The translations under genes were made by a program, and so were the position numbers. A stretch of 64,000 nucleotides of DNA, taken from Bacteroidota bacterium (GTDB taxonomy: Bacteria; Bacteroidota; Ignavibacteria; UBA10030; UBA6906). How positions within the stretch are numbered: the first letter of the stretch is position 1; each line of letters starts with the position of its first letter. The notes beneath the pieces are model-generated. The model was given only the letters and a program-made list of their open reading frames with translations, was not told the origin of the DNA and ran no database searches. Location of the stretch: the NCBI GenBank assembly GCA_046160825.1, contig JBJXHC010000097.1, forward strand, positions 901 through 64,900. Reading direction: 5' to 3'. Positions 7,321 to 17,405 of this stretch are shown here, in pieces.

Positions 7321-8883
7321 TCATTCCCACTCAATTGTCGCCGGCGGCTTTGAACTGATGTCGTAAACAACGCGATTGATTCCCCGGACTTCATTTGTTA
7401 TGCGGGATGAAATCTGTGCCATCACCTCATGCGGCATGCGGAACCAATCCGCCGTCATGCCGTCAACGCTCGTTACTGCGCGAATGGCAACAGTATAGTC
7501 GTAAGTTCGCCCATCCCCCATCACTCCAACACTCCGAACCGGCAACAACACAACGAATCCTTGCCAGATTTCCTTGTAGAGTCCGGCTTTTTGGATTTCC
7601 TCAACAAAGATTGCATCCGCTTCGCGCAGTAGGTCCAGTCGCTCTCTGGTAATCTCTCCCAGCACCCGTACCGCAAGTCCCGGACCTGGAAACGGATGCC
7701 GCCAGATCAAATCCTCCGGCAGACCAAGGTCGGTCCCGACAGCCCGGACTTCGTCCTTGAATAATTCCCGGAACGGTTCGATCAACTTCAGGTTCATTTT
7801 TTCGGGCAGTCCACCGACATTGTGATGCGTTTTGATGGTGACAGATGGGCCTTTGGCCGAAACAGATTCGATCACGTCGGGGTAGAGCGTTCCTTGACAA
7901 AGAAAATCCACCTGGCCGATTTTCTTTGCCTCTTCTTCAAACACATCAATGAAAAGCTTGCCGATGATCTTGCGCTTCTGCTCGGGGTCTGTAACACCGG
8001 CAAGTCCGGCCAGGAAACGTTCGGTAGCGTCCACGTAATCGAGGTTGATCTTGTAGTTGTCTCGAAACGTCTTCACGACGCCCTCAGACTCTCCTTTTCT
8101 CATCAGTCCGTTGTCGATATGAATACAATAAAGCTGATCGCCAATCGCCTTGTGAAGAAGCACCGCCGCGACAGAAGAATCCACTCCGCCGCTGAGAGCA
8201 CAAATCACTTTCCCGCTTCCCACCTTCTTTTTGATTGTATCCATGGAATCTTGAATGAAGGATGACGAACTCCACCCGCCTTTGCATTCACAAATTTTAT
8301 AGACGAAATTCTGAAGAACCTCTCTCCCATTCTTTGTATGCACGACCTCGGGATGGAACTGCACACCATAGATTTTCCTTTGCAGATTTCTGATGGCACA
8401 GATGGGAGCATTATTTGTATGAGCGATGGGTTCAAAACCGGGAGGAGCCTTCGTTAGATGATCGCCGTGACTCATCCACACAGTGGTGTGTGCCGAACCG
8501 TTGGCACCGAATCCGGCAAACAGATCAGATTGATCATCAATGATGAGATCAGCCTGGCCATATTCGCGCCGAGCGGCCTTGTCCACTTCGCCGCCGAGTT
8601 GATACGCAATGAGTTGCAGTCCGTAGCAAATGCCGAGGACAGGAATGCCAAGATCGAAAATCGTCGGGTCCGAATGCGGGGCATCCGATTCATAGGTGCT
8701 GTGCGGGCTTCCCGAGAGAATAATCCCTTTCGGATTGAGGGCTTTGATCTTCTCTATCGGAAAGTTGTATGGATAGAGTTCTGAATAGACACCGAGATCG
8801 CGGACACGGCGCGTTATGAGCTGAGCGTACTGCGCGCCGTAATCAAGGACGAGGATCAACTCTGAGCGTGACATGAATTCCAT
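7321..8883 (-). CDS. guaA: GMP synthase (glutamine-hydrolysing)
   Basis: 520 aa. GATase domain ([16 protein letters not shown]), ATP-PPase SGGVDSSV motif and canonical C-terminus PPATIEWE. Confidence 0.95.
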   Translation of the reverse strand: MEFMSRSELILVLDYGAQYAQLITRRVRDLGVYSELYPYNFPIEKIKALNPKGIILSGSPHSTYESDAPHSDPTIFDLGIPVLGICYGLQLIAYQLGGEVDKAARREYGQADLIIDDQSDLFAGFGANGSAHTTVWMSHGDHLTKAPPGFEPIAHTNNAPICAIRNLQRKIYGVQFHPEVVHTKNGREVLQNFVYKICECKGGWSSSSFIQDSMDTIKKKVGSGKVICALSGGVDSSVAAVLLHKAIGDQLYCIHIDNGLMRKGESEGVVKTFRDNYKINLDYVDATERFLAGLAGVTDPEQKRKIIGKLFIDVFEEEAKKIGQVDFLCQGTLYPDVIESVSAKGPSVTIKTHHNVGGLPEKMNLKLIEPFRELFKDEVRAVGTDLGLPEDLIWRHPFPGPGLAVRVLGEITRERLDLLREADAIFVEEIQKAGLYKEIWQGFVVLLPVRSVGVMGDGRTYDYTVAIRAVTSVDGMTADWFRMPHEVMAQISSRITNEVRGINRVVYDISSKPPATIEWE

Positions 8884-9043
8884 GGAAGGTGATGAAGAAC
8901 GGAATAAATATAGGGAATTCTCTCTTCAAAATGGAGTCCTTGAAGACTTCTCACTCTTCACCACCTTGAGTCGCAATTTTGATAATCGTATATTCACTCG
9001 GTACCAAAAACGTCTTCTATACTTGAGTAGCTCTGAGGTGAAC

Positions 9044-9430
9044 ATGACCGAATCTGCAAAATCCCCTCTCGCCATCAGAATTGTCTTTTCTGTACTAATG
9101 GTGTTCATCAGCTTCATAGCCGGAGCAATGATCGGAAGTCTCTTTGTCACTAAAGAGGATGGCCTTGCGGGTGGAGCCACTGTTTTCCTCGGTGGAGTAT
9201 TTGGAATGGCGACCGCTCTTGTCGCCGCCATTATGCTCTATCGTTCTTTGGCGCACACGCAACTCAAGACTGCGTTACTCATTGCCGGTGGTGCATCAGT
9301 CGTGATCACCATATTGCTCGTGTATAGTATTATTAATCGGCAAGCTGCTGTTGGGGAAGACCTCCACAACCTTCGACCATCGGGCATTGCACACCAACCG
9401 GGTGTAGACAATTCAGTCCAAACCGGTTAA
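9044..9430 (+). CDS. Hypothetical membrane protein
   Basis: From internal ATG 9044: MTESAKSPLAIRIVFSVLMVFISFIAGAMIG..., with three or four hydrophobic helices. The track's start at 8873 overlaps guaA and is unlikely. Confidence 0.5.
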   Translation: MTESAKSPLAIRIVFSVLMVFISFIAGAMIGSLFVTKEDGLAGGATVFLGGVFGMATALVAAIMLYRSLAHTQLKTALLIAGGASVVITILLVYSIINRQAAVGEDLHNLRPSGIAHQPGVDNSVQTG

Positions 9431-9444
9431 CGAGACAAACAGGC

Positions 9445-10113
9445 ATGCTCACTTTATTCCGCTCACGCTATTACGATGTTCTTGCTTCGGTCTATATCTA
9501 TAACGAGTACCAGGCATATACCAGCTTGGAACGGCTTCTCGCAGCAATCAAAGAAAAATATCCGAATGACTCCACGTTCATCCACGCGGTGAGCAAACAT
9601 ACGCAAGACGAACGGAAGCACTACCGCATGTTCAAGAGTTACTTCGAACATGAAAACCGGATGCCTCTGGCAGTGGACAGCATGTATGGATACATCGACC
9701 AGTTCGTGAAGTGGATTTTCGGGCGAACGCTGGAGGAATTGAACGAACGACAAATCCTGGAGAGCGATGATCTGTTTTTCAAACTCTGCAGGGTCATCAT
9801 GATGACGGAGTTTCGGGGAATGAAACAGGTTGATGTGTTGCTCCGGTCAGGCATTGTGCAACGGCATCCATCCCTTCTGCGCATCTTCAAGGTTATCGAA
9901 CATGACGAGCCTTCTCACTGTTTTCCGTACAAGCGCTGGCTTGAGGAACGTGGTGCCCATCTTCCCGGCTTCGAGGAGCGGTTCACCGATCTATGGGTAC
10001 ATTACTCGCTGATGCTTGTCACGATGCCGATTCTGTTCCTGAATGTTCAGTCGCGGCGACTTGCAGTTTTCTATGATCAGAAGGAAGAATCCAAGTTTCT
10101 GGTACTGCCGTAA
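9445..10113 (+). CDS. Ferritin-like di-iron carboxylate protein, function unknown
   Basis: A duplicated E...ExxH pattern is visible: E21...E56-R-K-H59, and TEF...E-P-S-H in VIEHDEPSH, each with about 33-35 residue spacing. Confidence 0.55.
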   Translation: MLTLFRSRYYDVLASVYIYNEYQAYTSLERLLAAIKEKYPNDSTFIHAVSKHTQDERKHYRMFKSYFEHENRMPLAVDSMYGYIDQFVKWIFGRTLEELNERQILESDDLFFKLCRVIMMTEFRGMKQVDVLLRSGIVQRHPSLLRIFKVIEHDEPSHCFPYKRWLEERGAHLPGFEERFTDLWVHYSLMLVTMPILFLNVQSRRLAVFYDQKEESKFLVLP

Positions 10114-10358
10114 CCTCAATATCAACCTCTCCCCGGTTGTCCACAATGCAAGAAAGCGCTTGCTTTAATCGTTGTCCGGCACTATACTGTTTGAAGTGAT
10201 TCAATGCCTTGAGAGTATACACATTTCGGCGAACCGGGCAAGTCGGAACCCTCAAGCTTGCAGTTCAGCTTCCTCCTTTCAACACGACCTGCGGTTGGTG
10301 TTGTCCGGAGATCTTAGAATCCGCTTTTCATTACATCACATTCCAGCGAGGTGAAATC

Positions 10359-11036
10359 ATGTCGCGTTCATTTTTCCTCCTTATTGCCTGGTTCCTTTGT
10401 TGCACCACTGATTCTCTCACACAGAAAACCAGCAAGCAGCTTCTCGCCGAAGGCTACAAACGATATCCCATTCCTCATTGCACAATCACGTACGAACTTT
10501 CGGGGCAACATCAGGGGACCGAGACAATCTTCTTCGATCGCTATGGACTCCGTGAAACAAAGTTGACAAATACTGAAATCAAGGCGGGAAGTATGTCCGT
10601 GAAGACCAACACTCTCACCATCATGGACGGCGAGATAACATACTCGGTCGATCTTGACAAGAAAACAGGATCGAAGATCACCAACACCTTGCTCACAACA
10701 CTTACCCAAAAACTCGACGAGAAGGACCTTGCAAAAATGGGTGAGACGATGATGAAACGGATGGGGGCAAAGAAGACGGGAACCGGAGATGTCGCCGGAA
10801 AGAAATGTGACGTCTGGGAGGTTTCAAGTTTCGGCACGAGTACATGGGTTTGGAATGCCATCACTTTGAAAAGCGAGACCAATATGGCAGGGATGAAGAT
10901 CCGTAACGCTGCAAGCAAGGTCGACGAGTCAGCAATACCGGAAGAAAAATTTGCACTCCCGACTGATGTTGTATTCGAAGATAAGGGCAGCGTGCAAGAT
11001 GCGATGAAGAAGATGAAACAAGGAAAGAAGAAATAG
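10359..11036 (+). CDS. Secreted hypothetical protein (signal peptide; possibly LolA-like/DUF4412-like fold)
   Basis: ATG 10359 gives MSRSFFLLIAWFLCCTTDSLTQ, a signal peptide. The C-terminus is Lys-rich. The fold guess is weak. Confidence 0.55.
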   Translation: MSRSFFLLIAWFLCCTTDSLTQKTSKQLLAEGYKRYPIPHCTITYELSGQHQGTETIFFDRYGLRETKLTNTEIKAGSMSVKTNTLTIMDGEITYSVDLDKKTGSKITNTLLTTLTQKLDEKDLAKMGETMMKRMGAKKTGTGDVAGKKCDVWEVSSFGTSTWVWNAITLKSETNMAGMKIRNAASKVDESAIPEEKFALPTDVVFEDKGSVQDAMKKMKQGKKK

Positions 11037-11040
11037 GGTT

Positions 11041-12096
11041 TTGCCGACAGCCAATAAAGGCCGTGCAGCCGGCTTCAATACGCCCAACCGATTCGAGCAG
11101 ACACACCTCGAACCAATTGATATCGATCTTCAATATGAGGAAGAGCAACCGCCGGTTCCCACCACCTTCTATATCGATTCCTCAAAATCCATCCTCGCAA
11201 AGAACAACAGTCCCGACCTGCCATTCGACTATAGCATCAATCCCTATCGCGGATGCGAGCATGGATGCATTTATTGCTATGCGCGTCCATCGCACGAGTA
11301 CCTCGGATTCTCAGCCGGACTCGACTTTGAAACCAAGATCATGGTCAAGCTGGATGCGCCACATCTGTTGGCGGAAACACTACGGAAAAAATCGTGGCAG
11401 CCACAAATGGTGGCATTCTCCGGCAATACCGATTGTTATCAGCCTGTCGAGCGATCACTGCAACTCACGCGCAAGTGTCTCGAAGTGTTTCTCGATTTCC
11501 GCAATCCCGTCGGACTCATCACGAAAAACGCTCTGATAACCCGCGACATCGACATCCTGCAAGAAATGGCCAAGCTGAACATTGTTCACGTCATGCTTTC
11601 GATTACGACGCTCGACCCGAACGTTGCGCGACGGATGGAGCCGCGCACTTCGACGCCTGCCAACCGACTGAAGGCAATTGAGCTGCTCGCAAAGGCAGGC
11701 ATTCCGGTTGGCGTCAATGCGGCGCCCATTATTCCCGGGCTGACAGATGAAGAACTTCCGGCAATCCTCACCGCAGCATCGGATCACGGCGCAGTGAGTG
11801 CCGGCTACATTCTTGTACGACTCCCCGGAGCCGTTGAGCCATTGTTTCTTGAATGGGTCCAGCGGGAATTCCCTGATCGGGCTGCCAGGATACTCAACCG
11901 TATCAAGGATACGCGGCAAGGCGAATTGAGTGATTCACGGTTTGGGAAGAGAATGTCAGGTGAAGGCGAGATCGCGAGGACAATCAAGGACCTGTTCGTT
12001 GTCCATGCGAGGAAACACGGCTTGAACAAACGGTGGAGCGGACTTTCGACTGAGCATTACAGGCGGGTACATCAGACACAGTTGGAGATGTTCTAA
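11041..12096 (+). CDS. Radical SAM protein (PA0069/SplB-like family)
   Basis: NPYRGCEHGCIYCYA is a CxxxCxxC cluster motif. The N-terminus GFNTPNRFE is typical of this family. Start codon is TTG. Confidence 0.75.
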   Translation: MPTANKGRAAGFNTPNRFEQTHLEPIDIDLQYEEEQPPVPTTFYIDSSKSILAKNNSPDLPFDYSINPYRGCEHGCIYCYARPSHEYLGFSAGLDFETKIMVKLDAPHLLAETLRKKSWQPQMVAFSGNTDCYQPVERSLQLTRKCLEVFLDFRNPVGLITKNALITRDIDILQEMAKLNIVHVMLSITTLDPNVARRMEPRTSTPANRLKAIELLAKAGIPVGVNAAPIIPGLTDEELPAILTAASDHGAVSAGYILVRLPGAVEPLFLEWVQREFPDRAARILNRIKDTRQGELSDSRFGKRMSGEGEIARTIKDLFVVHARKHGLNKRWSGLSTEHYRRVHQTQLEMF

Positions 12097-12108
12097 GACC
12101 GGAATCGT

Positions 12109-12489
12109 TTATTTTCCTATCAGCGCTTTGTATGCAGACGCGCTGAGCAGCGAAGCAACTTCACTCGTGTTGGTCATCTTCATTTTCACCATCCATCCCT
12201 TGCCGTACGGATCGGTGTTCACAAGCTCCGGTGTTTTCTCGAGATCCTTATTGACCTCAGTAACAGAGCCGTTGAGAGGGGCATACAGGTCGGAGACTGC
12301 CTTCACGGCTTCGATCGTGCCGAATGAATCGTGCTGCTTCAAGGTTTTTCCCGCAGCAGGCAATTCAACAAACACCACATCTCCCAATTCGCCCTGTGCA
12401 TACTCGGTTATTCCAACCGTGCCGGTATCGCCATCAATCGACACCCACTCGTGGTCCTTGGTGTATTTCAGATTCTCGGGGAAGTTCAT
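12109..12489 (-). CDS. gcvH: Glycine cleavage system H protein
   Basis: 126 aa. YTKDHEWV...GITEYAQ..LGDVVFVELP...EAVKAVSDLY contains the lipoyl-lysine motif. Confidence 0.95.
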   Translation of the reverse strand: MNFPENLKYTKDHEWVSIDGDTGTVGITEYAQGELGDVVFVELPAAGKTLKQHDSFGTIEAVKAVSDLYAPLNGSVTEVNKDLEKTPELVNTDPYGKGWMVKMKMTNTSEVASLLSASAYKALIGK

Positions 12490-12517
12490 GATCGTTCCTT
12501 TTCTGGTTGGCTATGGT

Positions 12518-13864
12518 CTACTTTTCGGGTGAGAACTGAAATGTCTCGAGGAAGCTTGTATCAAAGTGACCGCTGCGAAATTTTTCGTCCTGCATCACCT
12601 GGCGATGGAAGGGAATCGTGGTCTTGATTCCTTCAATCGTAAACTCATCCAATGCAGAAGCCATTTTTTGAATTGCACCTTGCCGCGTCTGTGCAAACAC
12701 AATGAGTTTGGCAATCAGTGAATCGTAATATGGTGGAACAACGTATCCTGCATAGCTATGCGTATCGACACGCACCCCGAACCCGCCGGGCATATGGAAA
12801 TCAGTAATCCTGCCGGGACTCGGACGGAAGTCGTTGAACGGATCTTCGGCATTAATGCGGCATTCGATTGCGTGACCGTGGCGTGCAATTTTTTTGCGGG
12901 GAAGTTTTTCGCCGGCAGCGATGCGTAACTGAAGCTTGATCAAATCATGGCCAGTCACCTGCTCGGTCACCGGATGCTCCACCTGGATGCGGGTATTCAT
13001 CTCCATGAAATAGAAATTCTTGTGTTTGTCAACAAGGAATTCGATGGTACCGGCGTTCTCGTAGTTCACGGCTTTGCACCCTTTGATTGCCGCGTCTCCC
13101 ATCTTTTTGCGCAATACCTCGTCCACAATCGGAGACGGTGATTCTTCAATGAGCTTCTGGTGACGACGTTGCACGGAACAGTCGCGCTCACCAAAATGCA
13201 TCACGTTACCGTGTTGGTCGCCAAAGACCTGCACTTCAACGTGCCGCGGTTGCTCAATGTATTTTTCAAGATAGACGTCGGGATTGCTGAATCCCTGCTC
13301 TGCTTCATGCGAGGCGGTCTTGAACGCTGTTTCAAACTCACTCTCCTCACGCACTATTCTCATTCCTCTTCCGCCACCACCGGCCACCGCTTTGATGATG
13401 ACGGGGAATCCAATGGCCTTCGCCACCTCCAATCCTTCATCCGAACTCTTCACCACGCCGTCACTTCCGGGCACGACGGGTACTCCGGCTTTCTTCATCG
13501 TGTCTTTGGCAAGCGCCTTATCCCCCATCGCCGTGATCATTTCCGCAGTCGGACCAATGAACTTGAGTCCGGAGGTTGTGCATATCTCCGCAAAGCTCGC
13601 GTTCTCGGCAAGGAAGCCGTAACCGGGATGGATGGCATCGGCGTTGGTGATTTCGGCCGCGGCCATGATGCGGGGAATTTTCAGGTAACTTTCTTTGCCG
13701 GGAGGTGGACCGATGCATACGGCTTCGTCAGCAAAGCGGACATGAAGCGAATCACGGTCAGCCTTGGAATAGACGGCAACGGTTTTGATACCGAACTGCT
13801 TGCAGACACGGATGATGCGGAGTGCGATTTCTCCACGGTTGGCAATCAGGACTTTTTTGAACAA
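12518..13864 (-). CDS. accC: Acetyl-CoA carboxylase biotin carboxylase subunit
   Basis: 448 aa. [19 protein letters not shown]..., GGGGRGMR and [14 protein letters not shown]. Confidence 0.95.
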   Translation of the reverse strand: MFKKVLIANRGEIALRIIRVCKQFGIKTVAVYSKADRDSLHVRFADEAVCIGPPPGKESYLKIPRIMAAAEITNADAIHPGYGFLAENASFAEICTTSGLKFIGPTAEMITAMGDKALAKDTMKKAGVPVVPGSDGVVKSSDEGLEVAKAIGFPVIIKAVAGGGGRGMRIVREESEFETAFKTASHEAEQGFSNPDVYLEKYIEQPRHVEVQVFGDQHGNVMHFGERDCSVQRRHQKLIEESPSPIVDEVLRKKMGDAAIKGCKAVNYENAGTIEFLVDKHKNFYFMEMNTRIQVEHPVTEQVTGHDLIKLQLRIAAGEKLPRKKIARHGHAIECRINAEDPFNDFRPSPGRITDFHMPGGFGVRVDTHSYAGYVVPPYYDSLIAKLIVFAQTRQGAIQKMASALDEFTIEGIKTTIPFHRQVMQDEKFRSGHFDTSFLETFQFSPEK

Positions 13865-13884
13865 ACCGACTCTCCGGGGGATGG

Positions 13885-14361
13885 TTATGGCTTTTCGACC
13901 AGAAAGAGAGTTTGATCATACTCGACGGGTTGGCCGCTCTCCACAAAGGCTTTCACAATCTTGCCGGAGACATCCGACTCAATTTCGTTCATGAGCTTCA
14001 TCGCTTCGATGATACAGAGAACGGTGCCCGGCTGGATGACGGATCCGATCTCAACGAAGGGCGACGCGTCGGGAGCGGGCGAACGATAGAACGTCCCGAC
14101 GATCGGTGACTTTACTTCATGCAACTTCGCATTTGCAGCAACGGAAGAACCCTGCGGCTCTTGTACAACCGCTGACTCGCTGGGTGCAGACAAAGACGCG
14201 GGAACCTGTATCGTCTGGGGCATTACAACGGCCGGCCCGGCAACAAGATGGTTCTTGCTCTTCGCAATGCGAATCTTCTTTCCTTCTTCCTCAATCTCAA
14301 TTTCTTCAACATCACTTTCGGAGACCAGCTTGATGAGCTTCTTAACGTAGCTTAGGTCCAT
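13885..14361 (-). CDS. accB: Biotin carboxyl carrier protein of acetyl-CoA carboxylase
   Basis: C-terminal biotinyl domain with the [10 protein letters not shown] motif. Start placed at ATG 14361 ([13 protein letters not shown]); the track's upstream start at 14394 is also possible. Confidence 0.9.
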   Translation of the reverse strand: MDLSYVKKLIKLVSESDVEEIEIEEEGKKIRIAKSKNHLVAGPAVVMPQTIQVPASLSAPSESAVVQEPQGSSVAANAKLHEVKSPIVGTFYRSPAPDASPFVEIGSVIQPGTVLCIIEAMKLMNEIESDVSGKIVKAFVESGQPVEYDQTLFLVEKP

Positions 14362-14429
14362 TTGAGCTCCATAGTTGAATGACTGCGCTCCCACAACAAA
14401 CTTTGTGATGAAACTGGTATTGCAGCCCC

Positions 14430-14993
14430 CTAGTTCTTTACTCTTTCGATGTAATCACCCGAGCGGGTATCGATCTTCAACATATCCCCTTCATTGATGA
14501 ACAACGGAACATTCACGGTAGCGCCGGTTTCCACCTGCGCGGGTTTTGTACCTGAAGTAGCTGTGTCTCCACGGACGCCAGGAACAGTCTCGACAACCTT
14601 CAGCTCAACGGTAATCGGCAATTCGATCCCGGTAATGTCAGAGCCGTTAAAGAGGATGTCCACCGATTCGCCATCCTTCAGGAACTGTGCCCCGTCCCCA
14701 ATCTGCTTCTCTTCCACTGTAAGTTGATCGAACGAAACCTTGTCCATAAAGACATAGCCGGATCCATCTTTGTAAAGAAACTGGAACTCGCGTCGTTCAA
14801 TTTTGATGATGTCGATTGCTTCGCCAGCACGGAACCTGTTCTCAATGACTTTACCACTCTTGAGGTTCTTGAGCTTCGTTCGTACAAAGGCGCGCCAATT
14901 GCCTGGATTCACATGTTGGAATTCTACTACGGTCCAAAGCTCGTTATTGTACTTAATTACTAGTCCCGGTCGAAAATCAGCTGTCGATGGCAT
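14430..14993 (-). CDS. efp: Elongation factor P
   Basis: 187 aa. Typical EF-P sequence ([25 protein letters not shown]...). Confidence 0.95.
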   Translation of the reverse strand: MPSTADFRPGLVIKYNNELWTVVEFQHVNPGNWRAFVRTKLKNLKSGKVIENRFRAGEAIDIIKIERREFQFLYKDGSGYVFMDKVSFDQLTVEEKQIGDGAQFLKDGESVDILFNGSDITGIELPITVELKVVETVPGVRGDTATSGTKPAQVETGATVNVPLFINEGDMLKIDTRSGDYIERVKN

Positions 14994-15171
14994 GAAATCA
15001 CTTGAAAAATGATGGAAACATATGAATTATGATGAAAATCTTTGCAGATTGGGTGAAAAATATAACACCATCCACCCTGAAAGTCAAGGTTCCATCAACA
15101 AAGGATGTTGGTTTGGGTTGACTTCATGACAGTCTTTTGTTAATCTGTCACACTTGTTGGAGCATAATGCA

Positions 15172-15555
15172 ATGAAAACACTGTTGGCGATTTCTTTTTT
15201 CTTAATCAGTCTAGTCTTGGTACCGAGTTGCTCTGGTACTTCCGGTGATGGAGATGTACTTGAACTGGAACAGTTTGTCGATGTCTACGTGGCTCTCCTT
15301 GAATCGAAAAGAGATAGCACGGTAACCGACTCGAAGCAAGGATCTTTCAACAATCCAGCGCAAGTAATGAGCGAGTTTGGCATGGTTGAGGAACAGGTTC
15401 ACAGGACTATAAATGCCTACCATCTTAATCCGGCGAAATGGAGGGAGTTCTATGGTTTGGTTGTGAAGAGATTGGATGAGAAGAGTAAGAAGGCTTCAGG
15501 AAGCGACACCTTGAAATTCAATTCACAGAATCGGGCTGCGCCTTCCGGAGAATAA
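15172..15555 (+). CDS. Hypothetical lipoprotein/secreted protein
   Basis: MKTLLAISFFLISLVLVPSCSG is a signal peptide with a possible lipobox Cys. The 3' end converges on, and overlaps by about 38 bp, the kinase gene on the other strand. Confidence 0.45.
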   Translation: MKTLLAISFFLISLVLVPSCSGTSGDGDVLELEQFVDVYVALLESKRDSTVTDSKQGSFNNPAQVMSEFGMVEEQVHRTINAYHLNPAKWREFYGLVVKRLDEKSKKASGSDTLKFNSQNRAAPSGE

Positions 15556-17395
15556 AATTGAACGTGCTTCCTTTGCCGTAGTCGCTCTCAACCCAAATTT
15601 CTCCGCCATGAGCCCTGACGATCTCGCGACAAATCCATAGACCCAACCCTGAGCCTTTGATTTCTCTCGCTTCGCCGCTCTCAATGCGGGAGAATTTCTG
15701 GAACAACCGGTCGACCTGGTCATTCGGGATTCCAATACCCTCATCGGAAACGGAGACAATCAACTTCTCCTCGTTGTAGTCCTTGGCGGTGACTTGCACC
15801 TTCCCTCCGCGCGGCGAGTACTTCACTGCATTAGAGAGGAGGTTCTGCACCACCTGGCGCAGTTTGGTTTGATCGCCTTTGATGTACGCAACATCTGCAT
15901 CCACGTGGTACTCAATGGTGTGCCGTCGGGAGAAATGTACAAGAGCAGCAGCATCTTTGATCAATCGCTCGAGGTTGACTACTTTGAAGAAGTAGTTCAA
16001 CTGCCCAGATTCCATCTTGGTAATCGAAAGTGTATCCTCGGCGAGCATACTGAGCCGGTTGGCCTGGTCTACGATAATTGTGAGATACTCGCTCAGCCGT
16101 TTCTGGTCGATGGTATCGCGCCGCTTCATCAATGCCCGCGCCGCAAGAATGATACTTGCCAACGGCGACCGGAAATCGTGCGAAACGATCCCGAGGAAAT
16201 CCGACTTCATCCGGTCAAGCTCCGTGAGTTTGGCATTCGCACGCTTGACCTCATCGTACAGAGTCGCATTCTTGATCGCGCTGCCGAGCTGATCGCATAG
16301 TGTTTCCAAAACAATCGCATCCGTCTCGTCAAACGCGTGAAGCTTGGTGTCTTCGACGTTCAGCACGCCAACAACTTCCTCACCCACCATGATCGGAACG
16401 GCAAGCTCTGACTTCGTGCTGTGGTACTCATAGGCCATGTAGCGCGCATCTTCGGTCACATCGTTAATCAGACAACGCTCTCCATGGTGCGCAACCCATC
16501 CTACAACTCCTTCCTTGAAGCTCTGCCGGTACCCATGCGGTAGGAAGTCGACATAACTGCCGGAATGAGCGACGAGAATCGCTTCGCTCGTTTTGGCATC
16601 AACCAGGAAGATGGTCACGTCAAAATAATTGAAACTCTTCTGAATGGTCTCTGCGGCCGAGTTGAGGAGTTCGTCGAGTTCGAGCATCGAGGTGAGTTTT
16701 TCGGCGATCTCATTCACAAGCTCAATCTGGGAAAGTCGCTTCTGTGCGTCATCAAAGATCGCTGCGTTTTTCAGCGCAGTAGCCCCCTGAATGGCGAGCA
16801 ACTGTCCAATCCACATCTCCGTTTCTTGATATGCACCCGGTTTCGCTGATGCGAATGTCATCGAACCAATCGTCTCATCTCCCGTCCGGAGCGGTACGAC
16901 AAGAAGCGATTTCATGCCGAGGTCTGCAAGTGTTCCTTCAACGGATTCAGCCAGCGCGGGCTCGGATGGAACATCAATCAGAATGGGAGATTGATTCTGG
17001 ATGACCCAGCCCGGTATCCCCTGATTGACCTGGAATGGTCTGTGATTCAGGTCAGTGGAGTCGGCAATGGGAGAAAGTGTGGTGATGAAATAATGCGAGC
17101 GGGATTTGTTGATGAGTGCTATGAAGAATACGTCACAATCAATGAGCCACCTGGATTCATGGCGAAGAACCTGTAGGATTTCCTCCTTGTTCTTCGCGGC
17201 ATCAATCTGGAGAGCAATTTCTCCCAAGGTACCGATCCGGCCATAGAACGAATGCGCCTGAACAACGCGGTCTCGCAACTCATCCTGCGTCAACGACAAT
17301 TCATCGGCCGACGTTGGATAGTTACCGAAGTCGATCTTGATCCCTTTGGGGGGCGAGGGTTCCTGATCTTTTGTTTTCTGGTTTGAGTCTTCCAT
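15518..17395 (-). CDS. Sensor histidine kinase with two GAF domains
   Basis: HisKA box SDFLGIVSHDFRSPL. HATPase motifs NLLSNAVKYSP, DEGIGIP and GSGLGLWICREIV. GAF-like regions lie upstream. Start placed at ATG 17395; the TTG at 17422 would overlap purM. Confidence 0.85.
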   Translation of the reverse strand: MEDSNQKTKDQEPSPPKGIKIDFGNYPTSADELSLTQDELRDRVVQAHSFYGRIGTLGEIALQIDAAKNKEEILQVLRHESRWLIDCDVFFIALINKSRSHYFITTLSPIADSTDLNHRPFQVNQGIPGWVIQNQSPILIDVPSEPALAESVEGTLADLGMKSLLVVPLRTGDETIGSMTFASAKPGAYQETEMWIGQLLAIQGATALKNAAIFDDAQKRLSQIELVNEIAEKLTSMLELDELLNSAAETIQKSFNYFDVTIFLVDAKTSEAILVAHSGSYVDFLPHGYRQSFKEGVVGWVAHHGERCLINDVTEDARYMAYEYHSTKSELAVPIMVGEEVVGVLNVEDTKLHAFDETDAIVLETLCDQLGSAIKNATLYDEVKRANAKLTELDRMKSDFLGIVSHDFRSPLASIILAARALMKRRDTIDQKRLSEYLTIIVDQANRLSMLAEDTLSITKMESGQLNYFFKVVNLERLIKDAAALVHFSRRHTIEYHVDADVAYIKGDQTKLRQVVQNLLSNAVKYSPRGGKVQVTAKDYNEEKLIVSVSDEGIGIPNDQVDRLFQKFSRIESGEAREIKGSGLGLWICREIVRAHGGEIWVESDYGKGSTFNFILRKAQPDSVN

Positions 17396-17405
17396 GGATG
17401 AGAGC

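Noticed and set aside
8873-9043. N-terminal extension of the 185-aa ORF overlapping the guaA start
   Set aside because: The extension overlaps guaA and has no membrane or signal character. The internal ATG at 9044 gives a coherent membrane protein.
10114-10358. 245-bp intergenic region examined for a riboswitch or sRNA
   Set aside because: Only a short stem (gcaag-aaagcg-cttgc) is visible. I recognise no conserved riboswitch core. It is probably the terminator and promoter space between two genes.
15518-15555. 38-bp convergent overlap between the small lipoprotein ORF and the GAF histidine kinase
   Set aside because: Convergent 3' overlaps are common, and the small ORF's own support is modest. 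Not enough to propose antisense regulation.
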